From: Lama guanicoe | Lineage: Eukaryota | DNA: 64,000 nt | Reading direction: 5' to 3' | Assembly (NCBI GenBank): GCA_013239625.1 | Contig: MU056029.1 | Location: 992,001-1,056,000, forward strand | Part shown: positions 49,546-63,259 of the stretch, piece by piece | Numbering within the stretch: the stretch's first letter is position 1 | Layout: the number at the start of each line of letters is the position of its first letter | Notes under the pieces: model-generated | Told to the model about the DNA's origin: nothing | What the model saw: the letters and a program-made list of their open reading frames with translations, nothing else | The model's database searches: none | Program-made: the position numbers and the translations under genes

Positions 49546-52500
49546 TTGTGCTGGAAAAAACACATACACAAAAATATGCGTTTTTTCAGATGGAATGATA
49601 AATCCTATCCTTGCTACCCCATCTTGTCTACAACCATAATCATTACAACGTAACTATGTTCTTCCGAATTTTACGATTCTGTGTTTTCTCTAAACACTTC
49701 TCTGTTTTCCAGCTGAGCTGACTCCCACGATCACCTGTGACGCTGATCAGACAGAGGTCCACGTCCTGCCCCTGAGTCTCACAGCCCTGTAAGCCTTCAC
49801 GTTCCCGCCCAGCCACCGACATCACCAAGGCTGTCTCTGTACTGCTTGATGACTGAATATAAAATGTCAGTAACCAGGTTTTATACTTTTCCTCAGTCCT
49901 CTGACTGGCTCTTAGAATTTCCCAGTTTCCTACCAAGTGACTTACTCATTAATTTATTCTACGAGGCACATGTGAGCCCTCGTTGCGTTAGTTTTATCTT
50001 TCAAGTGTATACTACAGATGAACAGCAAAAAGGCACGTCCTACAGTAAAGTTCCATACTTCTAGGTGTGGAAACTGTCCTCTTTAGAGGACACTAAGCAT
50101 CGCAGGAGAGACGTCTGCCGGGTCTGCCCCCTTCTCACACACACTCCACACACACGGACAAGCTGGTGTTAGTATCTTTATCGTCATCTGTTTTACTTCA
50201 GTCAAACATACTATTTAACGTTCTGCTTAATACTAATGATCTGAAATCACCTCACCTACGTGTTCAAGCCATCTCTTACCTGCTAATTTATATTAAGCCA
50301 AATATTTATACTATCCCTTGATTTAGAACGTATGACATTCATTCCAGGCCGCCTATCTGAAAATCACTCAGCTTTATTTGGATGTTGAGTAAATACAATT
50401 CTCAGCTTGTTTTTTTTTTTCTTTTTGGAATAATTGTTTTCAATCTTTCACTATTCTGCCGTAAAAATTAATTAATACCGCAAAAATACTCACATTGCAA
50501 TTGTCTCTTTCAGACAGTCTTTCTGAAGAAGTGAAGTGTAGACAGAAGGAATCTGGAATCACTCTCAACACACAGGAGTTAAGGAGCATCATTTTAGTTC
50601 TTTAACTTTGCTTTACAAACTTAGGAAGGGATTTTTAGCTAGAGGCCTCCTGTCCCGAGGGTGAGTTGAGGCTCTCCTGCTTCCAGTCTTCACAGTTTGG
50701 AATCACCGACATACAACTGGGCGCTCTTGTCCTCTGGCTCCTTTGGAGAGAGGGAGGCCCCAGGAGGCAGAGCCCTGGGGCGCTGGGCACCTCAGAGGGG
50801 CCTATGGGTGGAGACACGGCCCTGTGGTCTCACTGTGTGGAGCTCTGGCTGGGGGCACATATCCGATCCGTTCGGAATCTTGTCCTCAGTCTTCCTACAA
50901 CTGACACAGTTTGTATCACACAGCAAACACTGAGAAAGCCAAACAGGGGTGCACCGAGAATCAGCAAGGCGTGAGTCCACAGTGCCACAGAAGGACTGGT
51001 GGCCCCGGGGCTCCTGTCCTCGCTGGGCCGAGCTAGGAATTCAGTCGGCAAAGCACACGTGCCCGGTAGCTATCATCCTTGTGAATAAGTGTCACGTGTG
51101 TCTGGAGCTGGTGAGTCAGGACTTGGAAACATACACCTACACTTGGCCTCACTGCTCCGGGTCCTGGGACACCTCGGGAGCTTCAGGGGCGCAGGCCACT
51201 CCCTCCGACCTCGACCTGCTCCAGATGCTGGTACCCATCCCGCGTGGCAGCTGATGTCACCTGGGGGCAGGGCGGTCCCAGCTCAGGTCATCACCACCCA
51301 GGGGCTTCCCCAGGCTCCTGGCCCCCCTGCATCCCTGCCCCTGCCCTGCATCCCTCAGCCAAGCATCACAGATGGGCTGTCAGGAGGCTCACATCTTATG
51401 CACTCAGTCCTCCTCCAGGGCACACACATAACCGCTCACCCCTTGCTCTAGTTTGGGTGTGCAACACCACACAATCAGCAGGGAATTGGGGAGGAAATTA
51501 TTTTAAGGGTTAGACATAGGCTCCCTCACGAGGATGGGAAGCCTGGGCTGTGCCCACCAGAGCCGGGGTAAGCAGGTCGGCAGGGTCAGAGTATGCGTCT
51601 GGCCCTCCCCTCTCCCCGCACCTGCTCAGGAGAACGTGGATGCTCCCGCGGAGCGAGGGGTCCCCAGTGCGCATGTCTGCCTCTCCTGTTTCTATCACAA
51701 AGGCACCAAGCTCTTTGTCTGTGACTCCCTTCTGTGGCATCTGCCAAGTGTAAAACTGGTTGTTCGTGTAACTGTAGCAGCATCTTTTCAGGGGAAAATG
51801 TAACCTTCGGCCGCAGTTGCATTGAGCGTGTAGCTCAACGTCAGATCCCCACACCAAGCTTTCTGGGATGCATGTAGCCTGCGTCTCAGTCAGAACCCCA
51901 AGTATCTGCACTGCCACGCAAAACCCCAGAGGTGAGTGTTTTGGGGAGGAGAAGAGAATTTATTACATAATAAATCGTTTTTCTGATTCTATACAAATGA
52001 AAGCAGATCATTTCACTTTTTTTAAATATGAAAGATGGGTTCCCCTCCTTCCACATCCAGAAATAAGAAAGCTGAGTCACAATGCACATAGTATTTTAAG
52101 AGACTTTCCTATAATATTGCTCATTTTTTAATTATAAACTGAAATATTTTTGTGGATATTTTAAAATCCTCCCTGAGAAGATACATAAGGCTCTTCTACA
52201 ACGTTTCAGAGGCTCAAGGTCATTGCTTTCGTCTAAAACAGATGTTCAGGTGTTACTAAAAGGGAGCTCAGAGAAGATTCAAGGGCCTGCTGATGTATTA
52301 AAAAGAATGAATTTAAAGTCAGGCGCTCTGTCACTTAAAACACAGGGCTGAAGGAACAAAGCCAGCACCTCTAACATACATACAACCCAGCTAAACACTT
52401 CAAAATACGATCAGGAGAAAGAGTCGCGTCTGTTTCACCAGGCACTGGTTGTTCCAAACACGCTCCCTTAATAAATTAAAGTTCCAAACAGACTCCTTGT

Positions 52501-52750
52501 TGTTCTGTTTGAACAACTGCAGGATGCTCAGGAGCCCCTGCAGGATCCCGCAGGGTGGATAAGCCCCAGGGGATGGATGGCTCTGGTTTTGTTTTCTTAG
52601 CTTCCTCATGAAATCTCATAGCTGCCCATTTGAGCAGAAACATAGACGTTTACTTCCTCAGGGATGTGTCCCCGCCTCTCTTAGGGACAAGAGGGCGACT
52701 TCACCTGAAACCACTCTACACACCACCACCTTTTCAACATAACTGTCACT

Positions 52751-52754
<4 letters not shown>

Positions 52755-52795
<41 letters not shown>
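52755..52795. repeat. (CA)n microsatellite
   Basis: About 20 uninterrupted CA units. Confidence 0.95.
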
Positions 52796-52798
<3 letters not shown>

Positions 52799-53244
52799 AC
52801 ACGATCATTCTCCTGGATCTCCACCCACGTCGATTACTTTTTAACCATCTAATCTAGCATCCTAGTGGACTCTTGAAAGGATACTGAAGAACTGAAATAG
52901 CCAGTTCTAGAGGTTTCTGGAACAATGAGACATACACCCATGAATAAAATCATTCTGGAAGACATTCTTTGCACAAGCATGTGCCGAGGGCTGCCACTTA
53001 CTGAGCATCCATCCCTGAGCTCACAGGTTCATGGGGTGACAGCTGTAAATATCTGAAATATTTAAGATAGACGAGGATCAGTGCTGAGGTAGGGAAAAAT
53101 TCTTTTTTTTTTTTCAAATGAGTTTGGAAAGGTCAGGAAAAGGTAAAATCAGTGTGGGGATGCTCCAGAGAGGAGACGGAAATCAGCCTCGAACAGCTTA
53201 TCACTGTCCGTCCGAAGGAAAGGAAAGGAAAATGCTAAGCTAAA

Positions 53245-53640
53245 AACAGATCTCTGCACCCCCATGTGCATTGCAGCGTTAGTTACAACAGCCAAGACAC
53301 AGAAACAACCTAGTGCCCGCTGCTGGTGAACAGAGAAGGTATGGTGTACACAGGTCCAGTGGCATCTTTTTCAGCCATAAGAAAGAACGAACCTTCGCCA
53401 TTTGTGACAACATGGATGAGACCTGAAGGCATCACATTAAGTGAAATGAGTCGGACGCAGAAAGACAAATCCTCCATCATCTCACATACACGTGGCATCT
53501 AAAACAAAACAAAACAAAACAAAACAAGAGCTCACAGATACAGAGAGCAGACTGGTGGTTGCCAGAGACCGAGGGCTGGGGTGGGGGGAACAAGTGAAGG
53601 GTGTCAAAATGTGAAAACTTCCAGTTATGGTGAGATGAAA
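53245..53640 (+). mobile_element. L1 3' fragment flanked by a long direct duplication
   Basis: tgcacccccatgtgcattgcagcgtt...gccatttgtgacaacatggatg...actggtggttgccagag, with direct repeats at 53117-53185 and 53651-53734. Confidence 0.75.
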
Positions 53641-54611
53641 AAAACATTTTAATGAGTTTTGAAAGGTCAGCAAAAAAAACCAAAACAATGTGGGCATGGG
53701 TGGTCCAAATGCTCCAGAGAGGAGGCAGAAATCAAGTTGGATTTTGAAGTAAACACCAATCCAGGGGCTCCATCCCAAGGCGCCCTTGTGCAGGGGACAC
53801 AGGGAACTACACGGCTGGGCAGGAAGGGGAGGTGCGCTGAGCCATGATGGGGCTCAGAAGGGCAGGCGCCTGGGGAGACACGACGGGAGCCTTTGGAGTG
53901 GCTTCAGCTGAGCCCGAAGGACAGCTGAGTCTTTTGGAAGAGAGCGGATAGGATGGAGTAAATGGAGCATGGGAACCGATCACACAGAAGACATTAGGTC
54001 AACCAGGAGCTGTCCACTTGCACGTTTACATGGAAATGAGGTGCAAGGAGGAGCAGGCACTCCTAAGGGAAGGCGTGGAGCCAGGAAGACCACTGCCCTC
54101 TGCTCCTGATGCCTCTTGTGGCAGCTTCTACATCTCTTTCCTGCCGACCTCCTTCCCTCCACCTACAGATACACCTGCATCTCTCCATCCAAAGACACAG
54201 CCCGGCACTCTCCCCTCGTGAGGCACCCCGTGTGCAGCCACCAGCTCCTGGCTCGCCTCCTTTCGGCCCTGAGATGGTGGGTGTGGCTGACGTAGGGCTG
54301 CGGTGCCTTGCTGGACCAGTGAGCCAGGAGGGGAGGTCGTGCAGGTCCTGCCTCGTCCCCTTGCCACTCCAGCGCCACTTGGTGACGGACACTCAGAAGA
54401 GTGCAACATATTGGGGGAGGGGGGGTGGCACTTTAATGAATTTGCATTTTACACAGTATATGTGGAAGGAACACACATTTATGTTTGGGTCAGAAATGCC
54501 AAAGACAATTGTAATACAAGCAGCTGTAAAGAGAAAAGACACTGCTTTTTCCCCACCAGACATATGACAGTGTGTGTGTGAAATAGCATGCAAATGTACG
54601 TCATGGGCAAG

Positions 54612-54823
54612 ACAGACTTCGGGATTTGCAGATACAAACTACTGTATGTAAAACAGACAAACAACAGGGTCCTATGTACAGCACAGGGAACATATTCAAT
54701 GCCTTGTAATGGCCTATAATGAATAGGGAAAGGAATATATACGTATAAATGAATCACTATACTTACACCAGAAATCAACATAACATTGTAAATCAACTAT
54801 ACTTCAATAAAAAAATAAAATAA
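54612..54823 (+). mobile_element. Short L1 3'UTR fragment with A-tail
   Basis: gggatttgcagatacaaactactgtat...cagcacagggaacatattcaa...ctatacttcaataaaaaaataaaataaa. Confidence 0.8.
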
Positions 54824-56369
54824 AGACAATATGGAAAGATAAAATAGGTGTTATATATATGTGACCAAGTATGATGGAAAGGAGAGAAAACCTTGATTCT
54901 TTCATTCATAACATTAGCAACTAATAAAACCCTATCTTATGAACACTTTTTCCAAAAGTTCACATATTATAACTTCATGGGATTTTCTGAACCGTGTTTC
55001 ATAACCTCTCACATTATTATAAGACTTGGGGGAAGGAGCTGCATTTAAGAAACGACAGAAGTGCTGCAGTTAAGCACCAGGGCATCCCAGAGGGACCCGA
55101 CTCCCTGGCCAGGACCACAGGTAGCACAGAGGCCCGCCCGCAGGGAGTGGGCAGACTGGAGCGGCCTCAGCCCCGATGCCCCGGGACTGCACCCCGGGCT
55201 GCCTGGCTCCTCGGTGGTTCCTGTCGGCACAGTGTGGCTCCTCCACGTTAGGTATTTTATACCCACAACAGTACCGCCACTCCTTGGAAGGCGCCGAGCC
55301 CATCTCTGGATATAGAAAGCATAGATCACATACCAAATTCCCTACTTCTGTTTGCAAAAAGCATAGTACACTCTCTGGTTCTATATTATGAAATCACCTT
55401 TGGTTTGAACAAAAATCTGATGAATCTAATTCAACAGATTCAACAGACTACAGGTGAGGGGCCCACCTGACGGACCTCCTCCAGGTGGGATGTTCTGGGG
55501 CCAGGTGCTGTCACTAGCAGGCTACACGCCCATGTAATGCCCAGGGTGTCCTTCTTCCAGGATAAAAATGCAATGGTTGTGCCCGGACCTAAACCTGCCA
55601 GGCCAGGGCCTGTGTGCAGAGTGGGGTCTCTAAAGCCACAGCTGGACAAGACCCACAGAGAGCCCTGAGCACACACCCTGTGCCCACCCCCTTGGGACTA
55701 GCTGGGCTCCACCGTGCCCCTGGGATCCCAAAGGCAGCCAGGGTCCCTCCATCACTTCTGAGAGCATCTTCCATGGAGCTCAGTCCCAAATGATCCCTTC
55801 CTTCTGCGTCCTCCCTGGGTGGAGTGGGAGGTCCCGGAGGACAATGGCTGTCAATCAAAAGCCCCTCTGATCCCAGCTTTCCACCCAGGCATGACCTCTG
55901 TTTCCTGATGAATGAATAAAGAAACAGGTGCTTCCACGGAGTTCACACGCAGATACGTCTGCATGGTTCCACAGCAGAGTGGGAACCTTGGTGATGCGGC
56001 ATTTGCAGACTCCTGAGGAGTGGAGAGAATTGGACAACTGGGGATTGGCTCTGCATCCATGGAGGAATCGCAGAACGGTGCTCTGGCGCTCGGCAGTAAA
56101 AGAAACAAAGATGGGGAGTTGGTCCAGCTGGACAGTGTCAACTACAGAGCAGTAGATGGCACTGGACCACACATGTGTGCAAGCCACCTGGTCAACTTCC
56201 TGTGGTGCCTGAGCATGGAGGTGTGGGAGGGGGGCAACCAAATGACAAAGCAGGAAGGGGTTACTGACACCTAGGAGAACCAGACAGAAAGGAGTTCACA
56301 AGAAGGTATACACGCAGCTTTCACAGAGAAGTGATGACACACACCGCAGTGAAGCCGGGTGGTCATTTA

Positions 56370-57200
56370 ACTCCCTTGTTGAGGCTTCCTGTGCACCAGG
56401 CACTGCTGTAAGGGGGGCACAAACAGACCCGACACAACAGGACCCTCTCCGGGGCACAGGGACAACGGGACACGAGTGAGAACTGCAAGGTGGGCCGGTG
56501 CTTCAGAGAAGAAGTGAAGTGGACTGAAGGACTAGAGGAATGTGCAGGGAAGCACCGTCTCTGACGGAGCGGACAGCAAAACTCTGGGAAGGGGGCGGTG
56601 GAGCACCAAACAGGGTGATGTGATCAAGGGCCCAGAGGGGGGAGTGTTCCAGGCGGGAAGACAAGTACAGGCGAGGGGCCGGGTAAGCGCACAGTTAGAC
56701 GCACTGGACCAATCAAGACAAACAGCAAGGTCCTATTACACAGCACAGGGAACTGTATTCAGTGCCTTGTAATAGCCTATAGTGAAAAGGAATATGAAAC
56801 CATGTGTATATGTGTGTGTGTGTATATTTGAATCACTGTGCTGCACACCAGAAACACACAACATTGTAAGTTGACTATACTTCAATTAAACAAAATTTTA
56901 ATTAAAAAAAAAGAAACACTAAAAAAAAAGACAAGAGTCAGTGAGGCTGGAGACAGAGCAAGAGGGTGGCGGACTCACAGGTCACGCCCACCGCGCAGGC
57001 TCTGAGAGCCGCAGCAGGATGCAGGATTTCACTCCCAGGGAGACTGTCAGCCCAGAGTACAGGGCCGGAGGTGCTGGGGGACGGTGGGAACTAAGAGGAG
57101 ATGTTCATGGATCTGGATTTGAGGGTGAGGCTAAGGGTGAGACTTTTTACACCAGGAAGGACGGTAGCTTGGAAAAAACTGAAGAAAAAGCGGAAATAAG
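56370..57200 (-). mobile_element. L2 fragment interrupted by a short sense L1 3'UTR (~56716-56930)
   Basis: Antisense L2 motifs (tgtgcaccaggcactgctgtaagg, gtgttccaggcgggaagac) surround cacagcacagggaactgtattcagtgccttgtaatagcc...ttcaattaaa plus an A-tail. Confidence 0.65.
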
Positions 57201-57535
57201 GGAATTCCCAGAGACATAAAACCCCGCGGTAGTTGTGCCTTCAGTCCCAGGAGAGCTGTCAGCATCCTGGGGCTTGCACGTTTTGTCTACGGAGTTTCCC
57301 CCCCAGCTCTGGACGCGGGGAAGGCAGGCTCCATATGTGGGGCTTCCCTCAGTGTTCAGGGTCTGGCTACTTTCTGGAGGAAGCCAAAGCAGTAAGGGGG
57401 CCAATGGCTGGGCTCAAACTCCAATCTTCTCCCCAGGGCACCTGCCCGTGCACCTGTCCCTCACCTGTCCCTCCCTCTCCCAGCCTTCCTGGAAATGGGT
57501 GGTAGTCCCCCCTTTATATGGATCCACTCTCAGCT

Positions 57536-58225
57536 AGAGAAAGAGTTCAGAGCAAGCCACTCCAACATGTGCCCCTCTGGTATAAGGATTAGTTTGAGCT
57601 GAAGGCAATTAAGAAAAAGCAGACACAGGAATAGCTTTCTGCCTGTCCTGTATTTACCTGAAAACAGAACACAAAGTTCCCCCAATGAAGGTGTTTCGCC
57701 TCCCACCACATTCAGTACCAGAAAGAGAATCACCCTTATTACGGGAGATGAGATGGAGCCTTGCTAGCCAGCCCTTAGCTCCCACTGCTTTCCCCAGTAT
57801 CTGCCCACAACTGGCCAGCCCCGGAAGCCTGTTCCCTGACCTTCTCCGACAGACTTAACAACACTTGTATGCTTATAGTGTTGGCTGTACGTACAGCACA
57901 GCCTGACTTCTGCAGATGAAGGTAGAATTTCTTGATTCACTTTTTTTTTAACTCCTTGATTATATAATCTGTCAGAGAAACTGGAATGAGTACCACCTTT
58001 CTGAAAATAAAACCTAATCAAATGCAAAAAAAAAAAATCTCTGCACATTTACTGTTCTTTTGCTAAAATCCTATGTAAGCCCACATTCCAACTGCCTTTT
58101 TGAGTTACCCATCATGAGATTCCGTGCATGCCTTAATATACCTCTGTTTGTTTTTTTCTTGCTAATTTGTCTTTTGCCAGGCTAATATGCAGAGCCCCAG
58201 ACCCTCAGATGGAGAGAGGAAACAA
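57536..58225 (+). mobile_element. MER34/MER39-like ERV1 solo LTR
   Basis: gagttcagagcaagccactccaacatgtgcccctctggtataaggattagtttgagctgaaggcaattaagaaaaagcagacacagg matches the recalled MER34-family 5' end. The 3' part is ttttcttgctaatttgtcttttg...cagagccccag. Confidence 0.7.
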
Positions 58226-58941
58226 TGATGGACAGAAGGGAACAAATACTTTTGAAATTCACCTATCAAGAAAATACAGACATACTGTCATAGTAACGAT
58301 AGTTTATAATGTGTTCTTATAACAAAGAATACCAAACAGAGCAAGGAATCGTTTTAGCCCTTTCTTGATTATCCCCAAACAATACTAATTTGATTAACCT
58401 CAACAATGAGAGGTAATACTATACCTTCTCAAAAGTTCTATTCAGCAGAGCAACTGTGTAATAGTTAAGCATTTTATATTTAACAAAGGTGAAGACCTTC
58501 AGAACAAAAAGAGCCTTTGCTTCAGCAATTTATAAGGAAATTACTGAGTCATTCGAAATCCTTTGAGAATCAGAGTTCTCAAAGAGGAACCATATTCAGA
58601 ATGCCCAATTAGAACATGCAGGTTAAAAGTCAATAATGATTATTCCGCTTAAAAACTAACAGCCTCCAGGCAAGCATAACTTAGCAAAACTGCTCTAAAA
58701 CATGCTGACTGATGTTTCAGTGGTTCTGGCTCCTACAACATCCAAATCCTAAAAGGACTCTGCAGAAGGTAAGAGGAAAAAGAATTGAAAAAAACAAAAA
58801 CAGAGCAAGAGAACCATTTTCCTTTGTTCTGCAGAGTGAACAGTGGTATTTTCCAAACAACCCTTCATACCGCAGAAATCAGAATATTTGTAATGATTCA
58901 ATTATTCCTCAGTAACAGCATTAGGACCATAGTCTTGGTAT

Positions 58942-59356
58942 TGTCGACTGGAAAAAAAATGCACAACCTTAAAGTCGAGAATTGTTTTATTTGGTGGACT
59001 TTCTGAGGACTTCAAGCCCCAGAGACAGCCTCTCACACCTCTCTGAGGGACTGCTCCGAAGCGGTAGGGGAGGAATCAGGCTGTATAAGAGTTTCTGCAA
59101 TAAAGACCAGGCAGTCGGAACATCAAAAGATTACTGTTAATTAAAGAAAACAAGACACCTCAAGTTAAAGAACTTAGAGCTTTTCTATGTGTGGGAAGGT
59201 GCAAAGGTCTGAGCTCATGGAATTCATTCCTTCGAGACGCACCAAGCTATCGAGGGCCGGTGTCCTGTTCTTTCCCATCCTGAATCCCTCACCGTCGGGG
59301 GTGGCAGCAGCGGCTGATGGCTTTACTGACATGGCAGGTGACTTTCTTCATTCACA
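58942..59356 (-). mobile_element. ERV1-type solo LTR, family B (third copy)
   Basis: TGTCGACTG...TTCATTCACA is homologous to 17679-18180 and 18347-18821, with a perfect TSD GTAT (58938-58941 and 59357-59360). Confidence 0.9.
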
Positions 59357-60296
59357 GTATCTTGTTCAAGGCACTCACTTCTTAGGCTGGGGAAACTGAG
59401 GCCCCAGTGACACTTTCTGAGTGGCACCCCCATTCCGGCTCCAGCCCTGGTCCTTCCACAAAGCCATGCTGCCCAGGGAGAAGGCCAGCACGCCAGAGGA
59501 AGCCTGTCGCAGGCACTCGCTGTGAGCATGCAGGATCTGTCAGCAAAGCCTAGCAGATCTGCTTACAACTTGATATCCAGCAAAGGAGATTCAAATTCCC
59601 AGTGGAGAGCCAGAGGGCTTGAGGCAGGCCAAATATATATCTGATAAATCAGATCCAGTGTGAGAACTGTCACTTGCTCCTTATCCAGGCTTTTCTCTAG
59701 AGCCATCTTTGTTTTCTGTCTCTTCGCCTCACCGTTTCATCCCAGAGCCTTCCGCTCACTAGCTGATTTCAGCCAGGGGCTCACTAGGTGCCCCGCCCCC
59801 AATACTGCATATGGGGGGGGGCTGGCCTCAGGCAAGCCCACCTGCAGGGCACTGGCCTTGGCCCGGCCACCCCTTCCCCAGCTGGCAGCAGTCACCCCCG
59901 GCAGCACAGTTCACAGGCTCTGCCTGTCTTTCCTGAGCCTCAGGAAATCTCCCAAATCCACCTGGGCCCAAGCTTCGGTCACCCAGCTATGGTAATTTGA
60001 ATCTTCAATGACTGTATTATGTCTCATCACAGAGGAGTGAATTTCAAAGCAGGGCGAGGTCACAAAATTAATCTGCAGAGAGAAAGGGTCCTGTAGATTT
60101 CTTAGCACCACCGTCATCCACTCTCTCCCACATGCATCAGTCCTGGGAGTAGGTGCTGCCAATTTTTAGGACATTTAATGAGGAAGCTGCAGCCACAAAA
60201 ATAAATAAATAAATAAATGAAGACATGGATTCCAACTGGGACACCGGCAGCTGTGCTGTGGGTAACTGCTGCCCACCGTCCCCAACCCACAGGAGT

Positions 60297-60812
60297 TGTT
60301 ATTACCGAATAAAGTCAGATGGACGCTGCCGGGCCCTAGGCCTGGGGAGGCTCCCTGGGTGGGGTAGGACTGCTTTTCCATCTCCGACTGAGCAACCAAA
60401 TAAGGACCCCGGAAGCAAAGCTGAGATCCACGCAGTGCAAGCTTTATTCACTGGCCGAAGAATGGAGAAGGGAGAACTAAGTTCACAGATCAACTTCTCA
60501 CCCACCTGGGGAGAGGGATTTAATTTTACAGAGTAAAGACAAAGGGAGGAGTGAGGCTAATGATGGGGAGGTGTATGCATTAGTCTATGGGAGAAGGGGT
60601 GTGGCTCGGGGCTCCCCACCCACCCACCGAGGGCGAAGGGTACCAGCCCAAGTCTGGTCTTGGCTACAGGTGGGTGTGTCCTTTAATATGCTAATATAGT
60701 AAAATCAGTGCATAATGAGACTCAGGGTCTGCCTCAGGTCAGATTTGTCCTCGTCTTGGTCCCAGCTGTTGGTTCCATCTCCTTCCTTCCTTTCTTTTTT
60801 TTTCTTTTCCTT

Positions 60813-60851
<39 letters not shown>

Positions 60852-60887
60852 CTGTTGTTTCCTTTCTTATCTCTGGACCCGTTAACT
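60297..60887 (-). mobile_element. Probable ERV solo LTR containing a long T-tract
   Basis: Begins tgttattaccgaataaag, has AATAAA on the minus strand (gctttattc) and LTR-like composition. The ends and TSD were not resolved. Confidence 0.5.
60781..60851. repeat. Poly(T)/pyrimidine tract
   Basis: ccttccttcc followed by broken T runs and an uninterrupted run of more than 35 T. Confidence 0.9.
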
Positions 60888-61628
60888 TAAAAGATTTCTG
60901 TTAACTCCTGCTAAAGGTGTTGGCAGGTTTTGAGCAAAGACCTGGAGCAGTTCTGGCAACAATGTGAACATATTTTCCTGTAATCAGTGCATTTAGTTAG
61001 AAATATATAGAGCAAATAGCACTTTGTGCTTCATCTAATTTTACAGACATTCGTGCACTGCTTTTGTACGATGATGCAAGGGAATAAGCGAACTGTCAGG
61101 AGCCCTCTGTTCACAAGTAAATGGAAACAGTTCCTTTTACATCAGGATGGGTATAAGCCCTCTGCATTCAGCTACTGTTGATAAAAATCAGAGGGTGTAT
61201 CGACTCATGAAAATATTTAAGTATCTTCAGAACTACACAAAAACCTTATTTAAAAATTCCCTTTATTGGTTTCCAACTGAATAAATGTTGGCAATTAGAG
61301 CTCATTCTTACCTAAGGAGGGAGACAACAAAAACAGCAAGTAGACTATAAAAGGAAATAATTCTTACGCGTGGTGTTACTGCTCCCAAGGCTGCCACCTT
61401 CCCAGAGACCAAGAAAATGACCCATGCGACCAACAGAAAGTCGCCAGAATTTCCACTGGGTGATTCCATAGAAATAGATATCCCCATAACTCCATAAATA
61501 TGTACATTTATGTCTAATATAAACATGCTAAAACATAAATGTATTTATAAAAATATATAAATAGAAGTTGCAAGCTTTTTGTGAAGCGCAACAGTCAATA
61601 GAAAGGTGAACATTAGCCTAGATGAAAA

Positions 61629-62169
61629 CTTTTTTTTTCATTTTCATAATCCTTTTAATTAAAGGTTATTACAAGATATTGAATATCGTTCCCTGTGCTG
61701 CCCAGAAGAAATCTGTTTTTTTAATCTGCTTTTATATATAGTGGTTAACCTTTGCAAATCTCACTCCCATATTGACCCCATCCCACCCTCTTTCCCCCAG
61801 TAACCATAAAATTGGTTACTATGTCTCCAAGTCTGTTTCTCTTTGGTAGATGAGTTCACAATGAACTCATTAGTGTCCTCTTTTGTCTTTTCTTCTTTTT
61901 TTTTTTAAGATTGCGCATATGAGCAATCTCGTATGGTATTTTTCTTCCTGTTTCTGGCCTACTTTACTTAGAATGACATCTCCAGGTCCATCTATGGTGC
62001 TGCAAATGGTGTTACATTAATTTTTTTTTGTCACTGAGTAAGTATTCCATTGTATAAATATACCGCATTTTCTTTATCCAGTCATCTATGGATGGACATT
62101 TAGGTTGCTTCCATGCCTTGCTATTGTCAATATATTAGTGCTGCTGTGAACACTGGGGTACATGTATCT
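61629..62169 (-). mobile_element. 5'-truncated L1 3' end with TSD
   Basis: A T-tract and antisense L1 3'UTR/ORF2 end (...ctgctgtgaacactggggtacatgtatct), flanked by TAGATGAAAA (61619-61628 and 62170-62179). Confidence 0.85.
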
Positions 62170-63259
62170 TAGATGAAAATTCTTAAGTCACCTCCAATCC
62201 ATGGGTTGAGGACCTAAGGCACACAGCTTCACAAGTTCCCAGACCACTGAGTTGGATCCTAAATAGAGGGTAAATCTAATCATTATATAGTGACAATTAA
62301 AATAATTTTTTACATTTATTTGTTCTAGAAATGGATGGCAGTAAGCATGAAAGGGCGGGAGAGAAAGTCTGAAGACAAAACCTCTCATGCCTACCTTTCC
62401 TCAATTTTAAAAGACAATCACATGAGGACTAGAGAAAACCATGTATGTCAGGCTCTTGGTACACTGAATAAATGTTACTCGTCAGCCTTTTTTTTTTTGA
62501 TAAAAAGTATATAGAAGCTGAGAAGGAATAAATTGTGGTACTTGAATTTAGATAAATTCCTCTTTTCAAGGCTTAAGAAAAATGTAGGAAGCAGGTTGAA
62601 AAAACATTTAATCAGATCACGACTATAACAGTTATTAAAACTAACAAACTGGTGGAATGTTCAAACAATAAATCCCAGACGGGGAGAACACCTCGTAATA
62701 ACAGCAGCGTGAGGCATGGGAGCTAAGAAGGCACGTCGTGAGCACGTGGGGTTTGGCGACTCCAACGTTTTTAAATTTGTGGCAAATCAATACATTCTAA
62801 AAATGGGTCTGAATTTAATTTACCTGTGTAACTTGTTTTTAAGTAAGTATATTCTTCTTTCTGGTTATAAAAGATACTTCCTATTTGTTGTAGAACATTT
62901 GAAAAAAATAAAGAAGACAAAATCACTGCTCTCTTAAGATACCTACTGTTAATTTCGGGGTGAACCGCCTTACATTTCTATGCTGCACACATGGATCCAT
63001 GTAATACAACTGAGAGCACGCTTGCACTGAATTTGGTGCGGTGTGCTTCATTTCATGTCAAACTGTACTTCGAACATCTTTCTGCATTCAGAATCCTTTG
63101 AAGATCACTTTTTTACATTCGCAAACTATTATTAAAAGCAGCTCTTTTCCCCTTTCCTGTCTGCCCATTTCTGCTTCCCTCTAAGCTTGAAAGAACCTAA
63201 TTATTAGAATGAGAGCACCAGGCGACATTTACTGAATGCATGCCACGCCTCTCTAACCT

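Larger units (their letters stand above)
40020..49600 (-). mobile_element. Large block of nested old L1 fragments (3'UTR, ORF2, ORF1 and 5' remnants)
   Basis: Continuous antisense L1 motifs (ttgctccagcaccattggc...aagactgtcc, gatcctgtatgtgtttcgttaag, atatggtctatcttggtgaatgttcca). Minus-strand ORFs 41846..42220 (INPNIQEPQQISKR, HIIIKL) and 43389..43697 resemble decayed ORF1/ORF2. Boundaries are approximate. Confidence 0.8.
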
